The notes beneath the pieces are model-generated. The model saw only the letters and a list, made by a program, of their open reading frames with translations, was not told the origin of the DNA and made no database searches. From the NCBI RefSeq assembly GCF_036365525.1, contig NC_090374.1, positions 15,169,168 through 15,233,167 on the forward strand: a stretch of 64,000 bases of DNA, given 5' to 3'. Of the stretch, positions 12,851 through 24,000 are shown in pieces. How positions within the stretch are numbered: position 1 is the stretch's first letter; each line of letters opens with the position of its first letter. Origin of the DNA: Heterodontus francisci. Taxonomy: Eukaryota. The position numbers and the translations under genes were made by a program.

Positions 12851-13519
12851 CCCGACACGACCATTGCAATAAATTTAATTATACCAAACATGTTATTGTG
12901 CTCTACCTTGTCCAAATGGTAATACCAGTGATCCTGTTCATCTGTTCCAGCAGCAGGCTATTCCTGCAGATGGAGTTGTGGGGAATCATGGGTAAGCCTG
13001 ATCCAGTGAGTTCCCAGAGGCAGCACTGTCCAGCCCGACCCGACCCGAGCCCGAATGCTGGACTGGGAATATAGACCTGACCGGACCCCCGCACCTGACA
13101 CATGCAGTCGGGTCTAGTCAGGTTTGGGTTGGGTAGCCAGGATTTAATGTCGATCAGTGAGCACAAGGATAATGGCTGAATGGGATTTGGTGAGAGTTAG
13201 GATACAGGTAGCAGAGCTTTAAAAACTGAATATCATTCAATGATTTATATTGGTTATAAGCTATCATTTCAGTATATAAAGGTATATTTTTTCACATGGA
13301 CAATGACTCAGAAATAAAGTCCCATTTGCAGATTGCATCATGGCTGAGGGTATTTTGTGACTTCAATTATCATTTCCCAATAATTTCTGAGCCACTCTAT
13401 TATCAACATGCAACTGTCGCACTTTGCAGGTCTCCCCTGGTCTTACACAATAACCACTAGGAGGTGCTGGAGAGCCATTTAAAGTGGCCCTGCCATTAAA
13501 CTCCGTCCCCTCTGGAAGG

Positions 13520-14835
13520 TGTCAGCTGTGGCTCAGTACGTAGCCGTCTCACTTCAGAAATTTGTGGGATCAAGTCCCACTCCAGAGACTTGAGCACATA
13601 ATCTAGCCTGACAATCCCAGTGCAGTACCAAGGAATTGTTATACCATCAAAAAGTGCTGTTCTACAGCTAAAGCAAGAACAAAGAACAGTACAGCCCAGG
13701 AACAGGCCATTCGGCCCTCCAAGCCTGCGCCAATCTTGATGCCTGCCTAAACTAACACCTTCTGCACTTCCAGGGCCCGTATCCCTCTATTCCCATCCTA
13801 TTCATATATTTGTCAAGATGTCTCTTAAACGTCACTATCGTATCTGCTTCCACCACCTCCCCTGGCAGCAAGTTCCAGGCACTCACCACCCTCTGTGTAA
13901 AAAACTTGCCTCGCACATCCCCTCTAAACTTTGCCCCTCGCACGTTAAACCTATGTCCCCTAGTAACTGACTCTTCCACCCTGGGAAAAAGCTTCTGACT
14001 ATCCACTCTGTCCATGCCGCTCATAACTTTGTAAACCTTTATCATGTCGCCCCTCCACCTCTGTCGTTCCAGTGAAAACAATCTAAGTTTATCCAACCTC
14101 TCCTCATAGCTAATGCCCTCCAGACCAGGTAAACCTCTCCTGTACCCTCTCCAAAGCCTCCACATCCTTCTGGTAGTGTGGCAACCAGAATTGCCCGCAA
14201 TATTCTAAGTGTGGCCTAACTAAAGTTCTGTAAAGCTGCAGCATGTCTTGCCAATTTTTATACTCTATGCCCCGACCGATGAAGGCAAGCATGCCGTATG
14301 CCTTCTTGACTACCTTATCCACCTGCGTTGCCACTTTTAGTGACCTGTGGACCTGTACGCCCAGATCTCTCTGCCTGTCAATACTCCTAAGGGTTCTGCC
14401 ATTTACTGTATACCTCCCACCTGTATTAGATCTTCCAAAATGCATTACCTCACATTTGTCCGGATTAAACTCCATCTGCCATTTCTCTGCCCAAGTCTCG
14501 AACCTATCTATATCCTGCTGTATCCTCTGACAATCCTCATCACTATCCGCAACTCCACCAACCTTAAACCAAGGCCTCATCTGAAGGATGTAAAAGGTCC
14601 CAGGGCACTCTTCAAAGAGGAGCAAGGCAGTTCTCCCGGTCTCCTGGCCAATATTTATCTCTCAACCAACATCAGTAAAACAGATGATCTGGTCATTATC
14701 ATATTGTTGTTTGTGGGATCTTGCCGTGTGAAAATTGGCTGCTGCGTTTCTACATTACAACAGTGACTGCACTTCAAAAGTACTTCATTGGCTGTAAGTG
14801 CTTTGGGATGTCCTGAGATCGTGCAAGGTGCTACA
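13520..14835 (+). mobile_element. Deu-type SINE split by a CR1
   Basis: Halves 13520-13670 and 14564-14835 match the uninterrupted copy at 32728-33150. Confidence 0.65.
13675..14563 (-). mobile_element. CR1 LINE 3' fragment
   Basis: WQMEFNPDKC, RPHLEYC, TRGHRF motifs. Confidence 0.92.
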
Positions 14836-15748
14836 GAAAGGAAAATCTATCATTATTTGGAAGAATCTGGCTTTGTCTCTCCTGTACAGAAGATTCCTTG
14901 GCGGGGTTGCCGAGATTGGTAATTCATGAATCTTCCATTCTGGGGCACGCGGCACTGTGCATTGGAGTTCTGGTTCAATATTCACATTTTAACTTCATCA
15001 AAACTGTTATAAAACACAGGGAGCCTTGTCACACGCAGAGAATCACACATCACTCACATTGTGTGGTGGCCTTGATGACAGTCGCATAAATTACATCTGA
15101 AAAACAAACCACTCTGTTTTAGGATTATTTTCTAATTCTGTTTTTTGAGATTCTACAACTTTGTTCAGGCACAATTGAGAGGAAATCGTTCAAAATCTCA
15201 TGGACTATTAAATGTGTATAGTCCGATTGGTTTGGCTGCAGCTACAACTAGAGCTGCCAGCCAACCATTGTGATCACATTGTTCTTAAATTGATTAATTG
15301 CTGACAAGAAAGCTAGTGTTCAAATCAAAACATGTACGTGTTAAACAAATACATGTATAACACATGTAAGGATCATTGTTCCTTGGCACCTCTAAGTTAT
15401 TGCTAGACAAGTTCATTGGCACTATGTGGAAACTGGGACTGTGGAAAAAGGAGTTTGAACACATTAAGGAGGAGCTGTTGATCTGATAGGTCTCTCCCTT
15501 TTGTATAAGTTCACCACATTGTGTAAAACCCCAAATGATCCATTGAGAGTATGGTGGAATTGAACTTTCACCTTCCCCATAACCATGTGACAGATCTTGG
15601 AGGTGTGGGCTTGCTGCATTACAACAATGCCCACACCTCGAAAAGTACTTCATTGGCTGTGAAGCACCTTGGGGCAATCTGAGGACGTGAAAGGTGACAT
15701 ATAAATGCAAATTATTTAATAGGGATAGGTTGCTGTCTCTGTAGTCTA

Positions 15749-16478
15749 TGGCTGGATTTTAATTAGGTGATGGGGATCCTGGCGACAGACAGAAGACAGG
15801 CAGTGGGGGTGGAGGAAGCACAGGGGCGACCCCTCCTCGATCCTTTGTGGACCCTCGGCTGAATTCAAAGGAGAGCAGGTAATTAATCGTCCAGTGCCTG
15901 GATCCCCATCCCCTTTAAGGGACAATCCGGCATTGCCAGCCAATCAGAGGGTCAGCTGCTCAGCAGTCCCAGCAGCGCCCCCAGGAGAGGTGACCACTGC
16001 TGGAACTGCATGGGGCCCGGGACCAGGGGCAACATTGGAGCCCCGAAGTGCAGGTAATTGTGGGGGGGTGGGGGGGGCTCATCGGGGCCACTCAGGCAGG
16101 CCCTGGCGAGGGGTGGGAGGGTAGTGGGTGTTGAGGGCAGGAGGTGTGTTGGCGCAGAGGTGGCCTTTTCCACCGGGGCCTCCTGCATGGGCCACAGATT
16201 GCCCTAGCAGGAGGCCCCCTCCTCAATAGCCCACTGGGTTGCCGCGTGGTTTTACTGAGCGATCTCCCCATATGTGGGGGGGGGGGGGGTGCTCCCACCA
16301 GCTGTTGGTAAAATAACAGCGGCAGCAGGAAGAGGCTTTTAAGTGTCCTTTAAGGGTCTCAATTGGCCTCTTGGTGGGTAGGCCATCCTTGGCATCTCTA
16401 TACCCTGCCTTCCCTCGCTATTTTATGGGCCCCCTCCACCACTCTGCCCAGCCCTAGAGGGCCGATAAAATTCAGCCC
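15749..16478. mobile_element. GC-rich non-autonomous DNA element (Harbinger-like MITE)
   Basis: TIRs ggctggatttta and taaaattcagccc. Confidence 0.6.
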
Positions 16479-16879
16479 TCTGTTACCAACCCTCCAGGCC
16501 CGTCCTGGTGTCCCCAGGAGTGAAAAAAAACTAATCTCTAGTACAGTGTCGTGAGTAACTCAGGAGACAGATTGTAGGGGCATTAAAAAAATTATTCATT
16601 TAAATAAAAATTCTTTGAATACTTTAGTCCTTTAGTTTTGAGAGTATCAGAGTATTGGGAATCATGGATCAAAAGTCACATGTTCCTCCAAAGCATGTAA
16701 CACGATACTGCATCACAAAATATTATTTTCTGAAAGAAATCCAATTTGCATTTTAATGGTTTAATACTAACTGTGTCCTGTGTCTCCCTAGGAAACCTGT
16801 TCCATAGATTACTCACTGAAATATTGGTCTCCTTGTTAATCCCCACGAGAGTTTTAAATCTATGTCCCAAACACACGGT

Positions 16880-17593
16880 GCGTGGTTCCACACCATCCAC
16901 TATGATTGAAACCAGTATCCATCAATATCTCTTGTGAGGGTGAGCTGCAGGTTGGCATGTCACCATAACTTTGCCACACATCCCAGGCTCCACTCCACCA
17001 ATGACTGTGTTCAAAGGTAATAAAAGACCATATCAGAAGGATTGTGTATTTATCATCGACCATGATACTGGGGAGATTGTGCTTGAAAAACTCAGCAGCA
17101 GTATACAGGTGAAGAAAACCAGAGCTAAAGGGAGCAGTAAAATCCAGGCTCAATTGGAGTCGCAGGTGGTGCGAAGACCGCAGCCTTCCTCACAGTTTAA
17201 TAAATAAGCCATGTGCTGGACCAAAAGCATCCCCTTCAAAGGACAACCCAACACCTGAACTCGATGACATAAAAAGAGAACTGAGAGCTGAAACAGATAT
17301 TATTGAACAGACGTTCAACAGCAGTAGTTCCTCAGAATCAGGAAGTTCCTCTAGCAGCGCCGATAATTCTAGCAGTGATGTGGAAATGAAGTTCAACCTT
17401 CCGCTACATCACCACTGATGCATACTCAACCGCAACCCTACTCCCAGCCCCAACAACAACAGCAGCCACTATAGCAGTACCGGCAGTACAGTAACAGAAA
17501 TGCTACTACAAATGGCACCCGCAGACCAGAAAGCTTATTAGCTTATGAGCACACTGAGAAATGACTTGCAATTGAGTGAATCTGGAAGGGACA
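16880..17593 (+). pseudogene. EAF1: Processed pseudogene of ELL-associated factor 1, 5'-truncated
   Basis: Intronless [81 protein letters not shown], with frameshifts and a stop at 17205-17207. Confidence 0.92.
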
Positions 17594-20074
17594 TAGCTAA
17601 TCATGGGTGATTTTAATCTACAGATAGAATCGACCAATCAGATTGGCAAAAATAACCTTGAAGATGAGGTCCATGGAATGTTTTCGGGACAGTTTCTTAT
17701 AGTGGCACATTCTCGAACCAACCAGAGAGCAGTCTACAGTCGAACTGGTAATGCGTAACGAGACAGGCTGACCTCATAGTAAAGGCGTCCCTAGGTAGCA
17801 GTGATCACAATATGAATAAATTTCGCATTCAGTTTGAGGGTGAGAATAGTGGATCTAAGGCTAGTGTTTTAAACTTAAGCAAGGGTAACTATGAGGGTTT
17901 GAGGATAGTGCTGGCTAAAGTAAACTGGGAAATTAGGTTAAGAGAAAGGTCAGTAGAGATGCAGTGGCAGACATTTAAGGAGATATTTCATAACTCTAAG
18001 CAAAGATACATTCCAGTGTGAAAGAAAGACTCTAGGGGAAGGATGCACCCATCCGGGGCTAACTAAGGAAGTTAAAGATAGTATCAAATTGAAAGAAACA
18101 GCATACAATTCAGTGTAGAGAGCTGGCAGTTCAGAAGATTGGACAGAATATTAAAAAAAAGTAAAGAATGACTAAAAGAATGGGAGAGAAATTAGAGTAC
18201 GAGAGAAAGCTAGCTAGAAATATAAAAATGGATAGTAAGAGTTTCTGCAAGTATTTAAAAAGGAAAAAAGTAAGTAAAGTGAGTGTTGGTCCTCTAGAGA
18301 GTGAGTCTGGGGAATTAATAATGGAAAATAAGGAAGTGGTGGAGGAATTGAACAGATATTTTGCATCTGTCTTCACTGTAGAGGATACGAATAACATCCC
18401 AGAAATAATTGTGAATCAGAAGTTGAAAGGGAGGAACTTAAAACAATTACCATCACCAGGGCAAGGCTACTGAGGAAATTATTAGAACTAAAAGCTGACA
18501 AGTCCCCAGGTCCCAATGGACTTCATCCTGGGGTCTTAAAAGAAATGACTGCTGAGATAGTGGATGCATTGGTTTTAATTTTCCAAAATTCCCTGGATTC
18601 TGGAAAGGTCCCATCAGATTGGAAAATAGCAAATGTAATTCTGCTATTCAAGAAAGGAGGAAGACAGAAAGTCGGAAACTACAGGCCAGTTAGCTTAACA
18701 CCTGTCATAGGGGAAATGCTGGAATCTATTATTAAGGAGGTTATAGCAGATCATTTAGAAAATCTCAATGCAATCAGGCAGAGTCAACATCGTTTTGGGA
18801 AAGGGAAATGGTGTTTAATGAATTTATTAGAGCTCTTTGAGGAAGTAACAAGCAATTTTGCTAAAGGGGAACCTGTGGTTGTGGTGTACTTGGACTTCCA
18901 AAAGGCATTTGACAAGGTGCCAAGTAAAAGGTTACTAAACAAAATAAGAGCCCATGGTATAGGGGGTAACATATTAGCATGGATAGAGGATTGGTTAGCT
19001 AACAGGAAACAGAGAGGAGGCATAAATGGGTCATTTTCAGGTTGGCAAGATGTAACTAGTGGAGTGCCACAGGGATCAGTGCTGGGGCCTCAACTATTTA
19101 CAATCTATATCAATGACTTGGATGAAGGGAAAGAATGTATAGTTGCTAAATTTGCTGATGACACAAAGATAGGTAGGAAAGTAAATTGTGAAGAGGACAT
19201 AAGGAGTCTGCAAAAGGATATAGATAGGTTAAGTGAGAGGGCAAAGATTTGGCAAATGGAATATAGTGTGGGCCAGTGTGAACTTGTCCACTTTGGCCGG
19301 AAAAATAGAAAAGCAACATATTATTTTGATGGAGAGAGATTGCAGAACTCTGAGACGCAGAGGGATCTGGGTGTCCTAGTACACCAAACACAAAAAGTTA
19401 GTATGCAGGTACAGCAAGTGATTAAGAAGGCAGACGCAATGTTATCGTTTATTGCAAGGGGAAATGGAATATAAAAGTAGAGATGTTTTGCTACAGTTGT
19501 ACAGGGCATTGGTGAGACCACATCGAGAGTATTGTGTACAGTTTTGGTCTCCTTACTTGAGAAAGGATATAATTGCATTGGAAGCAGTTCAGAGAAGGTT
19601 CACTCAGCTGGTTCCTGGGATGAAAGGATTATCTTATGAGGAAAGACTGGACAGGTTGGGTCTGTATTCATTGGAGTTCAGAAGGATGAGAGGTGATCTT
19701 ATTGAAACATATATGATCCTGAGGGGTCTTGACAGGGTGGATGTTGAAAGAATGTTTCCCCTTTTGGGAGAGACTATAACTAGGGGGCACAGTTTAAAAA
19801 TATTTAAGACAGAGATGAGAGGAAATTCTTTCTCTCAGAGAGCCGTGAGATCATGGAACTCTCTTCCCTGGAGAGAGGTGGAGTCAGAGTCATTGAATGT
19901 TTTTAAAGCAGAGATGGACAGATTCTTGACAAACAAGGGAGTCAAAGTGTATCGGGGGGTAGGCAGAAAAGTGGAGTTCAGGCCACAAACAGATCAGCCA
20001 TGATCTTATAGAATGGAGGAGCAGGCTCGAGGGGCCGAATGGCCTACTCCTACTCCTAGTTCATATGTTTGTAT
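17594..20074 (+). mobile_element. CR1 LINE, decayed ORF2, inserted in the EAF1 retrocopy
   Basis: EN/RT motifs with frameshifts; gaca duplicated at 17590-17593 and 20075-20078. Confidence 0.93.
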
Positions 20075-20350
20075 GACAATGATGATTGAAATTTTAAGAA
20101 AGTGGACCACTACCTCCATGATGACCTAACATGGAGATGACATTTTGCTGTGGAGGTTTACTGGCGCATTAGCTAGATTAATGAGTTTCTGTAAAAACTC
20201 ATTTATTGTGTGCCATTACTGTAGGTTTAATATCAGACGTGAGTGTAGGGTGATTGATATGCATTTTATTTAAAAAAATATTTGACTGCTTTTTTAAAGT
20301 TAAAGGAAAATTTTGGTTTACTTGTATATTTTGTCAGGTATCCTAATCAA
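20075..20350 (+). pseudogene. EAF1: EAF1 retrocopy last codons (DNDD*) and probable 3' UTR remnant
   Basis: gac aat gat gat tga at 20075-20089 completes SESG-R-DNDD* (human ends SESGSDSDD). The UTR extent is approximate. Confidence 0.75.
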
Positions 20351-21014
20351 TTTTCTGAAGGCTTATTGATAGGCACTTGAGGGAAATGAACCTGCAGGGC
20401 TATGGGGATAGAGTGGGGCAATGGGACTGACTGGATTGCTCAACAGAGGGCTGGCATGGACTTGATGGGCCAAATGGTTTCCTTATGTGCCGTAATGACT
20501 CTATGATTGATCAAATACATTTTCTACGGCAGCGGATATTGTGTCCTGCCACGGAGAGGCGGGACACGCCATTAACCAATTATTAATGTTCCTACAGTGC
20601 AATTAGGAGGCTGTCATTTTGACCGGCTGCCAGGCAGGAAACAGAACAAAACCCTTGCCAGTTCTTCAGCCACGTTCAGCCTCCCCCCCTCCCCCTCCCA
20701 TCTTCTCATAAATATTGTTTCTGCAGATTCGTTTTAAATTAACCCCCACCATTCAAGTGCAGGTTGTGTCCTCTGGTTCTACTGTTCTGGTCAAGGTGAA
20801 ACCATCTGTCATGGTTGACATTATCTACTCCCTTTAGAATGCGAAAAGGAACATCACATCACCCTGAACCTTCTCTCTGCAGTGAGAACATGCCCAGTTT
20901 ATATAACTACCCCTCATCATCCAAACCTTCCAACTCCTCATTCATTAATAGGTTGTAATTGAACTGAGTAAGGCATGATCTAATGGCATTCAAAGGCAAT
21001 TCTTGTTGTTTTAC

Positions 21015-21086
21015 TTGTCTATTCTGCTTGAGGTGCTTTGGGTTTGTTGACCGTGCTTTTGAGAGCACCTTCTACCTCCTGCGCAT
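21015..21086 (-). CDS. Cytoplasmic exon 4 DAQEVEGALKSTVNKPKAPQAE* (stop TAG at 21019-21021)
   Basis: Acceptor tatgtgtctttaaag; same D.QE....QAE pattern; 72 nt to a vestigial gtaaaa donor. Confidence 0.7.
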
Positions 21087-24000
21087 CTTTAAAGACACAT
21101 AGAGAAAATAACGATGAACCCAAATGTCCTCTGTTATTGACAATGTGCCCCATTGAATTGGTGATTGCACAACAAGCTAGATCCTAGTCAAGAGAATCCC
21201 ATTGTCCAATCAACTGAAAGGCCATTTAACACAACAGGAACAAACGTGCTCAGCAATTACTCTGCAAGGCTAAAGATTCAGGATTTTGCCTTTTTAAACT
21301 AAAAACCTTGGGAGATGGGCAAATATTTCTCTGGGATGTGATCCCTGCATTTTCACCAGGATCACTCCCATTAGGGAGTGATCACTGCCCCTGACCCCCA
21401 TCGTGTATGCAGGGTCAATGGGAAGTCATGTGAGTTCTCATGGACAAAGACGAGAGTGGTCCGAAAGGAAGAGTGCTAAATTGGGGGAAGGCCAACGATA
21501 CCAAAATTCGGCAGGAGCTGGGAAATGTAGATTGGGAGCAGCTGTTTGAAGGTAAATCCACATTTGATATGTGGTCGGCTTTTAAAGAGAGGTTGATTAG
21601 CGTGCAGGAGAGACATGTTCCTGTGAAAATGAGGGATAGAAATGGCAAGATTAGGGAACCATGGATGACAGGTGAAATTGTGAGACTAGCTAAGAGGAAA
21701 AAGGAAGCATACATAAGGTCTAGGCGGCTGATGAAAGACGAAGCTTTGAAAGAATATTGGGAATGTAGGACCAATCTGAAACGAGGAATTAAGAGGGCTA
21801 AAAGGGGTCATGAAATATCTTTAGCAAACAGGGTTAAGGAAAATCCCAAAGCCTTTTATTCATATATAAGGAGAAAGAGGGTAACTAGAGAAAGGATTGG
21901 CCCACTAAAGGACAAAGGAGGAATGTTATGCTTGGACTCAGAGAAAATGGGTGAGATTCTAAACGAGTACTTTGCATCGGTATTCACCGAGGAGAGGGAC
22001 ATGACGGATGTTGAGGTTAGGAACAGATGTTTGATTACTCTAGGTCAAGTCGGCATAAGGAGGGAGGAAGTGTTGGGTATTCTAAAGGGCATTAAGGTGG
22101 ACAAGTCCCCAGGTCCGGATGGGATCTATCCCAGGTTACTGAGGGAAGCGAGAGAGGAAATAGCTGGGGCCTTAACAGATATCTTTGCAGCATCCTTAAA
22201 CACGGGTGAGGTCCCGGAGGACTGGAGAATTGCTAATGATGTCCCCTTGTTTAAGAAGGGTAGCAGGGATAATCCAGGTAATTATAGACCGGTGAGCCTG
22301 ACGTCAGTGGTAGGGAAGCTGCTGGAGAAGATACTAAGGGATAGGATCTATTCTCATTTGGAAGAAAATGGGCTCATCAGTGATAGGCAACATGGTTTTG
22401 TGCAGGGAAGGTCATGTCTTACCAACTTAATAGAATTCTTTGAGGAAGTGACAAAGTTGATTGATGAGGGAAGGGCTGTCGATGTCATATACATGGACTT
22501 CAGTAAGGCGTTTGATAAGGTTCCCCATGGCAGGCTGATGGAGAAAGTGAAGGCGCTTGGGGTCCAAGGTGTACTAGCTAGATGGATAAAGAACTGGCTG
22601 GGCAACAGGAGACAGAGAGTAGCAGTAGAAGGGAGTTTCTCAAAATGGAGACGTGTGACCAGTGGTGTTCCACAGGGATCCGTGCTGGGACCACTGTTGT
22701 TTGTGATATACATTAATGATTTGGAGGAAAGTATAGGTGGACTGATTAGCAAGTTTGCAGACGACACTAAGATTGGTGGAGTAGCAGATAGTGAAGGGGA
22801 CTGTCAGAGAATACAGCAGAATATAGATAGACTGGAGAGTTGGGCAGAGAAATGGCAGATGGAGTTCAATCAGGGCAAATGCGAGGTGATGCATTTTGGA
22901 AGATCCAATTCAAGAGTGAACTATACAGTAAATGGAAAAGTCCTGGGGAAAATTGATGTCCAGAGAGATTTGGGTGTTCAGGTCCACTGTTCCCTGAAGG
23001 TGGCAACGCAGGTAAATAGAGTGGTCAAGAAGGCATACGGCATGCTTTCCTTCATCGGACGGGGCATTGAGTACAAGAGTTGGCAGGTCATGTTACAGTT
23101 GTATAGGACTTTGGTTCGGCCACATTTGGAATACTGCGTACAGTTCTGGTCGCCACATTATCAAAAGGATGTGGATGCTTTGGAGAGGGTGCAGAGGAGG
23201 TTCACCAGGATGTTGCCTGGTATGGAGGGCGCTAGCTATGAAGAGAGGTTGAGTAGATTAGGATTATTTTCATTAGAAAGACGGAGGTTGAGGGGGGACC
23301 TGATTGAGGTGTACAAAATCATGAGAGGTATAGACAGGGTGGATAGCAAGAGGCTTTTTCCCAGAGTGGGGGTTTCAATTACTAGAGGACACGAGTTCAA
23401 AGTGAAAGGGGAAAAGTTTAGGGGGGATATGCGTGGAAAGTTCTTTACGCAGAGGGTGGTGGGCACCTGGAACGCATTGCCAGCGGAGGTGGTAGATGCG
23501 GGCACGATGGAGTCTTTTAAGATGTATCTAGATAGATACATGAATGGGCAGGAAGAAAAGAGATACAGAACCTTAGAAAATAGGCGACATGTTTAGAGAG
23601 AGGATCTGGATCGGCGCAGGCTTGGAGGGCCGAAGGGCCTGTTCCTGTGCTGTAATTATCTTTGTTCTTCTTTGAGTTCCACATATTGCCACGATGGGCA
23701 ACCCTGACTGTCAATATTTAAAAGGTACTCCATCATGTCAGTTGTACTTATGTGAAAGGTTTACTCTTCAAATAAAGTAGAAATTATGGTTGGCTGCTAT
23801 CTGTTCACTGCTAGCTCTGGAGTCACCATTCCTTACCTGTCTCTGCTTGGTGGGGTCTTAGAATATTTACATTGCCGTGGAGAGAGACATGTTCAGATTC
23901 CTGTGGATCTGTAAAGGACACAGTCAGTTACTTTCTTCTTTCATCCTTATCTTCAAAGCCTTTCTACAATTTATTGGTTATAATAATGAATCCAACTTGC

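Larger units (their letters stand above)
10101..13146. mobile_element. Non-autonomous hAT-like DNA element carrying a minisatellite, a SINE and an RTE
   Basis: Ends TAAAGGCCTGCT and (reverse complement) TAAATCCTGGCT; imperfect 8-bp TSD atgtagag/atgtcgat; splits an L2 remnant. Confidence 0.55.

Noticed and set aside
15294-15710. 138-aa ORF with tyrosines
   Set aside because: It starts in a SINE tail, has a weak acceptor and no recognisable domain.
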